A stretch of 64,000 nt of DNA, taken from positions 620,001 to 684,000 of the forward strand of contig NC_134027.1 in NCBI RefSeq assembly GCF_964204645.1, read 5' to 3'. This document shows, one piece after another, positions 11,631 through 23,509 of the stretch. This DNA comes from Tubulanus polymorphus (lineage: Eukaryota; Animalia; Nemertea). The notes beneath the pieces were generated by a model. The model made no database searches. It was not told where the DNA came from and saw only the letters and a list, made by a program, of their open reading frames with translations. The stretch's first letter is position 1. Each line of letters begins with the position of its first letter. Both the position numbers and the translations under genes were made by a program.

Positions 11631-13589
11631 GTTTAAATGAATTGGTAGAAATTCTATTTTTAGGTGACAGGTCAAATAGATTAGAGCAATAATTTATGCA
11701 GAGGTTGAATTAATTTAATGTTTAATATACCAAAGAATGGTTTATTGTGAAGATTTAATTAAAATCTTAAATAAACAGTTGTTCAATTTCATAAATGTTT
11801 TGTTTTCGATGAAGTTTTTTCATTTTCTGGATTTGAGGAATTTGACTTTAAACACATCAGTGGATTCAGCACAGTTCTGTGGACACAGTTTTTGGACCGA
11901 GACACAGCTCAAGACCCAGTTACAAGTTCAACTGGACTCCATCCCAAAAAACCCTGGGCCCTTCAAACCTTTAAGTAAGATGCTCACTTACAGATTCATA
12001 AAATTGACCCTTATTATCTTGTCATCTGCAGCACCATCTCAGAGGCTTAAACCAAGAATTTCTTGTAATGTTCAACAACTGTGAATTACATTAAGTAATT
12101 TTTGAGATCGACTTACACCTGAGTTTTTTCTAAATCACAGTCTACTTATTTCATAGTCATCCACGATTTCATAGCTCTTTAACTATTCAACCCTTTCCCT
12201 GATGGGCCCTGGCCCCAATTGCTGAACCCAGTTCTTCAAGTCTAACTTCTGGGTTTAGTGGTTTATCAGGAAATTAATGGATTAATTAGAAATATATCTA
12301 ACAGTCATAATAAAGTTTAAAATTAATCATTTGACATATCGTAATTGATTTTGTTCGCCACAACGCCTCGCAGCAGGATTATAGCATTTTACTTTCTATG
12401 GGTTTTTTAAAGGTAAGTTTTCAAAGGACAGAATGTCCGAATATACGTCCGGATCCGCCTTTATATGCCTCATTCCGATTCTGCTCATTTGCATATATTT
12501 TCAGCAAGTGGAAATCCCCGAATTCCAAGATGGCGGCGACCATGATATATCAAATAACAACTATTTTGGGCCAAATCAACGCTTTCTCAAGCCCAATATG
12601 AGTTTTCCCGAGTGCAAATGTAACTTAAAGAGAAAATTATCCTGTTGGTTAGTTATATTTTTGATAATCGAATTTATTTGCAAAGTTAAAGTGAAGTTCC
12701 AATGACAGATAGAAACGTTGAAAGACTGGGGTAGATTGAAACATGCCCTAGCCACTGGCCACTATCATATGAACAGTTCTAAACGTTTTGATCCAACTGC
12801 ACCAGTTAAGGTCACCGACTGTGTGGCCCTTATTTAACAATAATGTGTACATATAAGCACAAGGGCCCCCAAACTGCAGTTGCTCTGTTGGTTTTAAATC
12901 TGTATATAGTCTTAGTCATTTTTGATCTTATCATCTGTTCTCCACCTTTTTGAGTGTGAGAGTTTTATAAACTGTTGTGAAGATTGAGGAAGTCGATAGA
13001 AAGAGATGAAAATTGTCAAAGTTGTTATCATGAAAATGACTGAGCTTACTATGTACAGTATATACGACCCAGAGGGACATGGCTTATTATGAGAAACATT
13101 GAGGTTTTCATGAAAGTTCATGAATTTTGCATGAAAGTACAATGTTGGAAAATATATCCCCTATGTCACACTCCCTGATTCTTTTTCATTGCCCTCATTT
13201 CTCTGAAAGGCCCTTCAACTGAATCAGTCTCCAGTCGAAAAGGTTCCTCTTATTAGTTCAATTGTCTATAACTGATGATGTGATGTGAAGAGTCTACAAT
13301 TGAACAAATACCGCATTGAAATCAAATCTTCTCTATTTCAGGCATTACTTCTGGCATAAAACACTATTCAAGCAATGTAGGAGCATTTATAGGCGCAGCA
13401 GGAAGGAGGAGTTCAGGAGCAGCATCATATAGGAGTTGCACAGGAGCAGCATCATAGGAGTAGTGCAGGAGCAGTGAGAGCTTCATAGGAGCAGCAAGAC
13501 CAGCATCATAGATAGGAACAGTAGCTGAAGGAATGAAACAAGATAAGTAGCATTTGAAATATAGAAAATAGAAAAGCTGTAGAATGTTT

Positions 13590-16500
13590 TCTATTGTAAA
13601 AATATTTTCAAATTCAGTCTGATTTGTGCCAGATTGTAACTGTAGAAGTTTCACTCATTGTTTCAGTCTAATTGAGATGTGGCTGGTGTACATGTATCAC
13701 TGACTGTGTAACACTGCAGTCATTTCTTCAATTATTCCTCCTCAGTTGGAAGAATGTTTGTTCTCTCATCTTCATCAGCGATAAGAATCAATCCCATCCG
13801 TCTAACAACAGCATCGTAACATTTCCACTTATCTAATCCTAGAGGGAATGAGTAGTATGAGGTTTGGGTATGGAGTGGGGCAGGGTAAGGTGAAGTTGAC
13901 AGTTAGGGTAGGATAGGGTAATGTGATGAGGTAAGGTCGGTTTGATGATGCAGGGTTATTTGATGTGGTTGGATTGGATGATGAGTTTGATATGGAACTG
14001 GTCGAGGTGGGTGTATGTGGTAGTGTACGGTGTGTATGTTCGGAGGGTGTATGATAACTGATTGAAAGGTTGCTGTTAGAGGTCAGTGCAGTAGTGATGC
14101 TGGTATAGTTTGTGTAAGGTAGGCGTCGGTGTACCGGGTTAAGTATAGGGTAAGGCATGGTCAGAGTAATGTTACCGTAGAGGAAAAGTTATGTTGGGAA
14201 GGGTGTTTTTGTTTTCAGCCCACTTGAGACTTAAGTCTCAGCGGGCCGTTGCATTTTCTTTTCATCCGTTGTCCGTTTGTGCATCCGCAGACGGAATACA
14301 GTTATTTTTGGAGGTTTTTAAGTTTTCCAACGCCACTGCACATGTTCTCCAGGGGGTGTTGAGTATAGAATTTTCAGATTGTCAGGAATTTCACCAAGTG
14401 TGCATGGTGTCCCTGGACTCCCCAATTTTGAAATTAGGGTGAATTCTGTAGAATTCTAATGATTGGTTAAATGGGCATCACTCTTTATTGGAATTCTGTG
14501 CTTAAAATATTGAATATGAAAGTAAGAACAGACGTCGTAGCTGTCACTGTGGACAGTGAATCTATTTCTGATTTGTGTGGATGTGATGGCGCAGGTGGTG
14601 GCCATAACTTCGAGGTCACCTCTTAATCATTACATGTCCTTAGATGGATAGGACACAAGGGTAAATGAAAACATTCTTTAGGTTACTGCCAGGTTTTAGG
14701 GTATCGTACCAAGCCTTACCTTCCCGACCTCCTTCCCGCGCTAGCTATTCCAAAATCTCTATATGAGATACATCGATAACGATGCTACTGAAGATTGAAT
14801 TCATCGATTCATTTTGGAATTGAAACTTGTTTCATGGAACAAATGGTGCTGCAAATAAACAATATCATCAAACAATGATTCTGATTGACTATAGTGAACT
14901 GCTGCCCTACTACTGGTTTTAAAAGCACTGATTGAGATAGATTCAAACCCAGTTCGATTACTTATTTCCGAACACTTACTGCCGGTTGGTACTGGTACAT
15001 AGCCAGGAGAGACAGCCATAAGAAAAAGAAAGAAAATGAAGAACATGAAGAGTGGGGGGTTTAGTCCACTGTCTGCCTAGCGGGTAGGCAGTGGTCTATT
15101 ACTACCTCGACTCAAAAAAAAGGTGAGCTTAAAGCCACCAAGCACAAAAGTGGGGTCCGAAGGGTAGTCCTCTGCTGGCTTAGAGGGCAGGCATTGGTCT
15201 ATTCTTACCTCACGTGCTTAAAAATGGCTATTAAGAGAGAGAGAGTGAGAGAGAGGAGGTGCTAAGTTTCCTGTACTTGACTGGGTGTAAAGTGATCAAT
15301 AATGGAAATCATTTACGGTAAACCTTGAGTTTACTAACAATGTATTTTGGGTTCAGAGTCTATTTCCCAACAGTTTGCTGTTCACAAGCTGGTAGTAGGG
15401 TAAAAACTACCGGTATTCAGAGATTTGTGAATCAGAAGTTTTGCCATCATTTGCTTCATGAATCATTCACTTGTTAAAATGAATGATGTGACACACATGT
15501 AAAATACTGTTACTGATTTATCATTTTTGATGGTGTCTTGATATTCGACATCTTGCAGGTATCGTCTCCTAGTATTTCACATAGAATTGAGGAGTAGTTC
15601 GAGTGAGTGGGAGGCATGGAGAGATTGGGCTCAAGATATCTCACTCGTTTGTTTAGGTTTAGTTTGGGATCATCTTATTCAGCTTCAGTGTATAATACAT
15701 CCTCGACTACTTTTCAACTAGTAGTTCATCGTAGGTTTTTGACATCACATCCATAGCTCCTTCCACTACTCGTGAATTTACAATTCATTCCTATCCGATG
15801 ATGCTATTTATGATGGAATGTGTTAAAGTAGATGTCTATGTGTTTTCATCTTTTGGTAAATCGTGAAAAATTCTGGCTAATTTGAATCGAAAGCCATTGA
15901 TTATTATCTTGCGCGGTAATGATGGAAAAATTCAAAATGCGAATAGCTGTGTGGAATAAGAGAATGTCTTGAAAGGATTTGAGACATTGAGATGTGTAAA
16001 GAGAGACTGATTACACCTGTACTGTCCTAGCCCCTCCCCAGGCAGTCACCACCTCGCCCCAACCAATTTTACCAAATCACCCTCACCTCAACAACATCAA
16101 AATCCCTTTCACTTTTCCTCTACCATTATTTTTACCATGCCGGCTACCTTATCCCTAACCCTGCAAACCACACTCTACTCTACACAAACCATACCAACAT
16201 CACAACTGTACCGTCCTCCAGCACCAACCTTTCTTCATTGTCAGACACCTCTCTAACTATACATCGTACACTACCACGTACACCCACCTCGACCGGTTCT
16301 ATAACAAGCTGATCATCTAATCCAGCCATATCAAACAACCCTGCATCATCCAACCTGACCTTACCTTACCACAATACCCTATCCTCCCCTAACATGTCAA
16401 TCACACCATTCCCTTTTCCATTCCATCCCCAAGCGCCATACTACTCATTCCCTCTATGATTGAATAAGATAGAAATGTTACAATGTTGTAGTTAGACGGA

Positions 16501-16706
16501 TGGGATTGATTTTCTTTGCTAATGAAGATGAGAGATCAAACATTCTTCTAACTGAGGAGGAATAAGTGAACAAACTACAGCGGTGTTACACACTCAATGT
16601 TACATGTACATCAGTTATATCTCAATTAGACTGAAACAATGAGTGAAACTTCTACAGTTACAATCTGACACAAATCAGACTGTGTCAGAAAACATTTTAA
16701 CATTAG
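13590..16706. mobile_element. Fossil element bounded by ~600-bp diverged inverted repeats (13590-14190 / 16110-16706) with a ~1.9-kb core
   Basis: CAGTCTGATTTGTGCCAGATTGTAACTGTAGAAGTTTCACTCATTGTTTCAGTCTAATTGAGAT (about 13615) is a one-mismatch reverse complement of 16619-16682. Similarity continues inward to GTAGAGGAAAAGT / ACTTTTCCTCTAC. No TSD seen. Confidence 0.55.
15240..15960 (-). pseudogene. Decayed transposase-like coding fossil (weak ISL2EU/Harbinger-like motifs)
   Basis: Mostly open frame ...YQDTIKNDKSVTVFYMCVTSFIL... followed, after a frameshift, by ...SKLKVYRK*FPLLITL..., recalling the 'IKxDDxxVxFYTG..SF' and 'KLS..QLLxTL.KLR' blocks. A Penelope GIY-YIG reading (CEQQTVGK) is also conceivable. 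Confidence 0.25.
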
Positions 16707-16944
16707 CCCCACGTGCTGAGTGGATGATAGACATCATGAGACTCATCAAATTTTGAGAAATTAGTTTAATTGAAAAATTAATCTAAGCAATGTCTGTTTT
16801 TGCATTTCAGAGGTTGATGTTACCTGAACATGCAGTTCTGAGCTGACTCCAGATCAGGTGAGCATGTATGCAGTGAAATTGGATAAAATCATGAGATTTT
16901 CCAAGAGCTCTTATTAGTGGAATTTTGTCTCTAATAGCCCTTGA

Positions 16945-17112
16945 TCCAAGTGCTGCCCAGTGAGACACTGTCTGGTGAACTCAACATCCAAGTGCTGCAG
17001 AATCTACCCCCAGTGAGACACTGTCTGGTGAACTCAACATCCAAGTGCTGCAGAATCTACCCCCAGTGAGACACTGTCTGGTGAACTCAACATCCAAGTG
17101 CTGCAGAATCTA
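16945..17112. repeat. 53-bp minisatellite x3
   Basis: CCAGTGAGACACTGTCTGGTGAACTCAACATCCAAGTGCTGCAGAATCTACCC at a 53-bp period. Confidence 0.95.
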
Positions 17113-17589
17113 GGTTTGAATTCTCTTAGATTTTTTAAACCTAAAATTCTAAGATATTCTGTGAAGACAACAATTTGACCAGTTGTCCTTTTGACTGCAT
17201 GTTTTGAGTGATTTCCAATTAGCTACATGATTCAATGTGTGGTTGTCAAATGGCTCAATATTTCCCAAACCATTTTCTAATTTATAACTGTCAAAATTCA
17301 TTTGTTCAATCATGAGGTCTAGAATTGGTTTTCATTGAATACATGAAATCCAGATATTTTATTTGTTGATTTCAAAATTATTTATTTCGCCGATTCCTTT
17401 CTAATCTCACAATGGCAACTCATTCTGAATCAGCGACGGAAGGTGACAAACTGGTCACATTGAAATACGCTGTGCTTGGTGCCTCGGGATCCGAACCGAA
17501 ACCTGACCGCACGTATAAATTCAATTGAATCCATTCGGGTTCTTCCTTTTCTTAGTTAAACTTGTTTCTGTGGTTGCGAGACGGCGGGA

Positions 17590-17922
17590 AGAAAAATAGC
17601 GGTGGCGGTAAGGGGGGTGGTAGCCCTTTAAGTGAATATGCTCGGTGACAGGGATGGCGAAAGGCCACCCGGGGAGGACGATAGCATGAGGGCATCGGAC
17701 GCTCCTTTACTGAACCGCGGACTCTGGGGCCCGAGAGTATCGTGTGTATGATCACTTACTCGATAGGGTAGTCATGTGCGTCAAGAGATACGGGCATTTC
17801 TATCCTAGCCTCCAGTTGTCTGCGGGGACGCACCTTAAAACAGTTTGAAAAAATCACCTCGAACATGTTTAAGCATAATTCATGGGCGCCAAAAAAAAGA
17901 ATAAACAGAAAGAAAGAAAGAG
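17590..17922 (+). mobile_element. GC-rich SINE-like or retroposed insert
   Basis: Sharp GC island in AT-rich DNA ending in an A8 plus (GAAA)n tail; no clear Pol III A/B boxes seen. Confidence 0.35.
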
Positions 17923-18291
17923 GTGTCGGTCGTTTTTATAAACCACTAGGGGCGAGTTAAGCTTAGACGAGGAATTTGGCATCTTAGAAATATATTCGAA
18001 ATTCCTAGGTTTTAATAGAGAATTCAGCAGGGAAAATATTTGAGTATTTTATGTGATTCAATTCTAAATTGTAACCTCATCGTGCAATGTATTTTATTGG
18101 AATGAACTTAAACATGCAGGCTGGACTTTCACGTGATGCTTTGAAATATAGATTCAGGAACATTGACAATTCCTGATTTGAAGCACATGTTTTTACCACA
18201 AAGCAGTTAAACTTTACTCTATCTACTGTATGATTACATTCTAACATGTATTTCTTTCCATTATTTTTCTATCATTCATGCCGAGATCATC

Positions 18292-18808
18292 TACTCCCAG
18301 TGAGAACTGTCTGGTGAACTCAACATCCAAGTGCTGCAGAATCTACCTCCAGTGATACACTGTCTGGTGAACTCAACATCCAAGTGCTGCAGAATCTACC
18401 CCCAGTGAGACACTGTCTGGTGAACTCAAAATCCAAGTGCTGCAGAATCTACCCCCAGTGAGACACTGTCTGGTGAACTCAACATCCAAGTGCTGCAGAA
18501 TCTACCCCCAGTGAGACACTGTCTGGTGAACTCAACATCCAAGTGCTACAGAATCTACCCCCAGTGAGACACTGTCTGGTGAACTCAACATCCAAGTGCT
18601 GCAGAATCTACCCCCAGTGAGACACTGTCTGGTGAACTCAACATCCAAGTGCTGCAGAATCTACCCCCAGTGAGACACTGTCTGGTGAACTCAACATCCA
18701 AGTGCTGCAGAATCTACCCCCAGTGAGACACTGTCTGGTGAACTCAACATCCAAGTGCTGCAGAATCTACCTCCAGTGAGACACTGTCTGGTGAACTCAA
18801 CATCCAAG
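18292..18808. repeat. 53-bp minisatellite x~10 (same unit as 16945-17112)
   Basis: Near-identical units directly visible. Confidence 0.97.
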
Positions 18809-19444
18809 GAGATGATCTGTTAATTAGACTCATGGTTGTGCTGGCTACTGATATGGGAGGTATGTATCCTATCTGGAGCCAATTTCACTTTGATTCCAAC
18901 AACTAATTTCTTATGATTCTCCATTTCATTTTCCATTAGAAGGAACTGTGTTATTATGATTTGTCTGAGTGTCCGTTAATGTTAGTTGAACTGTAACCCA
19001 GAGAAGTGAACCGTGGATGTTATAACTCCACAGATGTCATGTATGTATCAGGACAACTTTCATTATCAATGAATATATGTTTTATTTTTTCATAATCTAT
19101 GAAATAGATGTCATTGAATCTGTTATTTTCATTTCAGTGTCCTAAGTTTAACTGTAAAGGATAGAACCGATAGCTGAATTGAATTCAACTCCTCCGGCAA
19201 TGTTTGAGTCAGCTTCAGATATGAGTGGTATGTGTGTATGGAGACGAATTCAATTTGTGAGAATCTGTGAGATATAAATGTTACAATGTAGAATTTGTTA
19301 TTCTCATTTCAGTGTCCATCAATATTAAGCTGAACTGATGCAGAATGAACTTATAGATAATGAACTGAATTGCTGGAGTCAGCTACTACTGGTCTGTGGT
19401 ATGTGTTTGGAGCCAGAAATTTAACAATGACTGTAATATAATCT

Positions 19445-19591
19445 CAGAGCTGCCAACTGTTACTGATTTTCAGTATTTGTAACGATTTTGTTACGAGAAA
19501 TACTGATTTAGTTAATTCACATTTTGATGAAATGTTACTGAAAAAAGCTCAATTTGTTGGTGATAACACTTTTCAGGGGTTGGCAGCCCTG
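19445..19591. mobile_element. MITE with 6-bp TSD (hAT-like termini)
   Basis: TIR CAGAGCTGCCAAC / GTTGGCAGCCCTG with TAATCT on both flanks. Confidence 0.85.
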
Positions 19592-22034
19592 TAATCTGAT
19601 AAATAGATGTAATAAACAGATTGTTCTCATTTCAGTGTCCGATCAATGTTAGTTACACTATAAGGAATAGACCCAGTAGCTGAATTGAACTGAACTGATC
19701 CACAGTGAATATTTGAGTCACCTTCAGATATTAGTGGTATGTCTGTATGCAGACAAAATTCTATTTTAACAACTGAGTTTGTGTTTTAAATCTTTGAAAT
19801 AAGTAGGCCTATAATATCATTGAATCTGTTATTTTCATTTCAGTGTTTGTCATTATAAGCTGAACTGGTAAATAATTAACGTACAAACTCCACTGGTTGA
19901 GTCACCTACAGACACATGGTATGTGTATAGAGATTAATTCAATGAATCTGAAATACTTTGTTTCTTAGTTATAAATGATTTACCATTTTGTTTTAATCTG
20001 TTAGGAGATGAACTGAACAAATCAACAGTTCGAATTCTGTATCAATAAGTGGTATGTATGAAAATAGAATTTCAACAACTTATTTCATAATTTCCTGCAA
20101 TAGAATCTGATAAATAATTGCCATTGAATCAGTTGTTTTCATTTCAGTGTCAATCATTGTTCGTTGAACTGTAAAGAATGAATGAACCAACATCTTATTT
20201 GAACTGAACTCTACAGTCCATGGTTGAATCTATAGCTATAGACATACAGTACGTGGTGTGTGTGTATGGAGGCAATTTCAATTTAATTGAAACACTTGTT
20301 TCATTATAATTATTAATGATTATTATGATTATCCATTTTGTTTTAATCTGTTTAGGAGAAACCTGAACCAAGGATGTTATATTGCCACAGATATCATGTA
20401 TGTATCAACGTCTTTCTGTTTTATTCCGTTTCTGTTCTGCAGAAGAATCTGAGATGAATATAATGTTATGGACTGAATGTGTTTTCCATTTTAGTTTCCA
20501 TCAATGTTAGTTGAACTGTAACTGATAGAAGAGAACCATGGACGTTATAACTCCCCACAGATGTCGTGTATGTATCTGTAGAGGAATCTTTGAGAGATAG
20601 ATTTTATAGAATCTGTTATTTTCAGTGTTGATCAATGTTAGTTGAACTGTAATGAGTAAAACCAGTAGTTACTTCACAGTCAATGGTTTAGTCAGTAACA
20701 ATGTATGTGATGTGGTTTGTGTGTATGGAGACAATTTCATTATTTTCATTAATTATTTGTTAGGCAATGACCAATTGTCCATGGGATGACCGATTACTAG
20801 TAGATGACCAGGGTTGACCAATTGCCAGATGGCCAATTGCCAGAAATGATCAGGGAACAGTCAACATGTATGTATCGAGACAATTTTCTGTTGTTATGAG
20901 GAATCTCATAGAATCTGTTATTTTTATTTCAGTGTCCGTCATCATGAGTTGAAACGAATATCTGATTTGAAGTGAACTCTGCAGTCATTCAACAGTTGAG
21001 GAGCCCTTACACATATATAAGTTACGTATTAGTGATATTTACCACTGACAGACAATTAAAACAACTTGTATTATAATGATTTGCTGTTTGTGAATGAACT
21101 TGAGAACAGTCGCTACTCCTTAATGCTATCAGTTACAGCCACCTTTTGATAGAATCTCTGTCTAAACCTCTTGCATGATCATCTCTATCTCAATTATAAT
21201 ATAATAAATACTAATCCTTCATTTTAACTCTCTTCTATTCTAATACATTGTATGAGTCAAAAGATGGTTGTCACTGATAGAATTAGGAACGCTATACAGC
21301 TGGCTAATTGTCATAATCTAAACCCTTTTTGTGTTCACTGCATACTCTGTGACCCTCCACTTCAATACATTTTAATTGATTCAATTGCACAAACTTTTTA
21401 TTTTTTTTCATGTCAGCGTCAATCGTTTTTACCTGCTGCAGGTAGAAATGAATCCACTGCTTGAGTGGCTATAAAAGTCGTTGGTGAAGACAAGTACACT
21501 CAATTGGAGACAATAATTTCTTTGAGATCTGACAGTGGTAGGAATTGTAACATTTTAATAAATAAGGGGTACATCTAGAAAATTGGAAGACACGTTTTAA
21601 TTGATATCCGTTATTTTACGTGTTTCAGCTTCAAGTTTATCTGAGTTCTACCAAATGAGATTATTCACCCATGAAGACTCGACTGATTCATACCCACATA
21701 AGGTAGTTGTACTTTCATTTTTATTAAACATTTCAATAATTAAAATTGGCGATATTAAGAAGAAAAAAGAAATTCATAAATTGCATTATTTAAAGTACTT
21801 CGATTTAAAACCTATTCATAAATAACAATGCGGTACCGCTGCATAACAGATGGCACCACTATACGGTCGTTGGTATTACTAGACTGGTTACCTGTATAAT
21901 AAGTACAATACAATGAATTTTATTCGCACGGTGACGGATGTATTGGCATTGAAGCGCTCACTTATAATTCTATTGTAGTGAATGTAGACCCAGAAAACCA
22001 CGAAGGCTGCATTACGATTGCACCTTACACACAG

Positions 22035-22205
22035 GGCCACCTTCGGTTATCGGAGTCAGTCGACTTATAGTAGTCCCGGAACTCGGGTGCCGAGTAACTC
22101 ATGTCAAATGTCGGAACTATATTCCGGAACTAGTTCGAAAATCAAGCGCATTCGGTTATTAGTTCCAACCACTAGTCGACTAGCTACCGATTACCGAATT
22201 TGGCC
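22035..22205. mobile_element. PIF/Harbinger-type MITE
   Basis: Imperfect ~30-bp TIR GGCCACCTTCGGTTATCGG... / ...CCGATTACCGAATTTGGCC with 3-bp TSD CAG. Confidence 0.7.
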
Positions 22206-22249
22206 CAGCCTGTCTAACTCTGGATTCGCAACTGGCAACCGAGTTAAGT

Positions 22250-22399
22250 GCTTCTCGCTAGCCAGGTTGCCGCTAAGCGGCCACCAGTCTATAATATTAA
22301 CCCAATCACACGTTGTTTGTCACTCGCTGATTCGCTACGCATCTGATTGGCTAGATATATAGACTGGTGGCCGCTTGACCATTGAGGCAAGCGAGGATA
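22250..22399. mobile_element. Short palindromic MITE-like element
   Basis: Perfect internal inverted repeat AAGCGGCCACCAGTCTATA / TATAGACTGGTGGCCGCTT. The outer ends CTCGCTAGCC / GGCAAGCGAG are shared with 23218-23313. Confidence 0.55.
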
Positions 22400-22945
22400 T
22401 CGAAATGTTCGCTTGCCACAGCAGGAATACCGTCCAATGTAATAAGTGTTTATGTATTAATTGTAGGAATGCCTGGTGATGTAGATCAAGTTCACAGAAA
22501 CTGAAAACAGAAAGAAACCTGGCGGAATCTATTGTGTATAAATAAATATATTTATTATCGTGTTGTGTTGTTTATTCTGAGTGCGATCTGTGGTGATTCA
22601 ACCACTTGGTCCTCTCAAGTTTTTTCCCCATCCAAATTTTTGAATCCGTTTGCGCCGTTTTGACTGAAGTGATCTTTAAATTTGTATTAGTTCTAAGACT
22701 TAGACAGGTCTTAAATTCTTTCAGTTGCGGCCACCTCTCGACAAAAATCTATTGTACTAATCCTTAATAACTTCTAATCGCATGCGTCGAAAGGTGGCTG
22801 TCATAGATGGAATTAGAGATATGATCAGTGTCTAAGATGAATACAATTGCGTTTAATTTGAAACTGCTAAACAGTTGCAGTAAGAGTTAAATAACGATCA
22901 TCGCTGTATCTATGCTTGTGATGCTTGTTTCACCCTCAGTAATTA

Positions 22946-23131
22946 CAGAGCTGCCAACTTACTAATTTTCAGTATTAGTTAGTATTTTATAACGAGAAAT
23001 ACTGATCTGATTTGTGAAGGTCTTGCCGTTGATTACTGATTAATTGAACATTCCTTTCATATTTCAATGAAACGTTACTGAAAAAAATTCAATTTGCTAC
23101 TGATAGGACTTTTCAAAGGTTGGCAGCCCTG
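22946..23131. mobile_element. Second copy of the CAGAGCTGCCAAC MITE
   Basis: Same TIRs and related interior; flanks TAATTA / TAGTTA (6-bp TSD with one mismatch). Confidence 0.85.
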
Positions 23132-23217
23132 TAGTTATCTTGGTCTCGCAACTTCACCACCTCAGTACCGGCGACGCTTCACTCGTAATCCTCGCCTTCC
23201 ATTCCGCGCATTTAGCT

Positions 23218-23313
23218 ATCCTCGCTTGCCGGGGTTTAATTGGTTCTGCCCAATCAGATGCGTTGTTTTTCTACCAATAAGGGGCGCCAATTTAAACCCC
23301 GGCAAGCGAGGAT
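23218..23313. mobile_element. 96-bp palindromic MITE-like element with internal CCAAT boxes
   Basis: ATCCTCGCTTGCCGGGGTTTAA / TTAAACCCCGGCAAGCGAGGAT is a perfect 22-bp inverted repeat. Confidence 0.65.
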
Positions 23314-23509
23314 TAATTTGTCAACGTTGCCACCGTTAGCTCCAGTACTGTGCCATTGTCAGTTAGACTGGGTCTGAAATGGTGGTGGCAAGCTGCAGGT
23401 CTGGACTGCGCGACCAACATTTTCCGTTCCTACATCCGAAATCTACACGTTTTCTTGGCACGTGGTAATAAGAGTTTGGTTGGTTTTTGTTCGAACGCGC
23501 CTCTGGTAG

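Larger units (their letters stand above)
16811..22560 (+). ncRNA. Multi-exon spliced non-coding transcript or pseudogene built from duplicated micro-exons
   Basis: Repeated TTTCAG/TTAG ... GTATGT exons at 16811-16857, 19138-19227, 19313-19398, 19636-19736, 19844-19918, 20005-20051, 20148-20254, 20356-20397, 20495-20567, 20626-20702, 20764-20867 and 20933-21020, plus two near 21.4-21.7 kb. The terminal exon has AATAAA at 22541 and a GT-rich downstream tract. Exons checked have stops in all three frames. Confidence 0.55.

Noticed and set aside
13255-13330. CTGATGA...GAAA as a Penelope-type hammerhead
   Set aside because: The required helices do not pair in register.
15090-15112. let-7-like GAGGTAGTA on the minus strand
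   Set aside because: Only 9 nt match, the rest is unlike let-7, and the hairpin's G:U pairs favour the plus strand.
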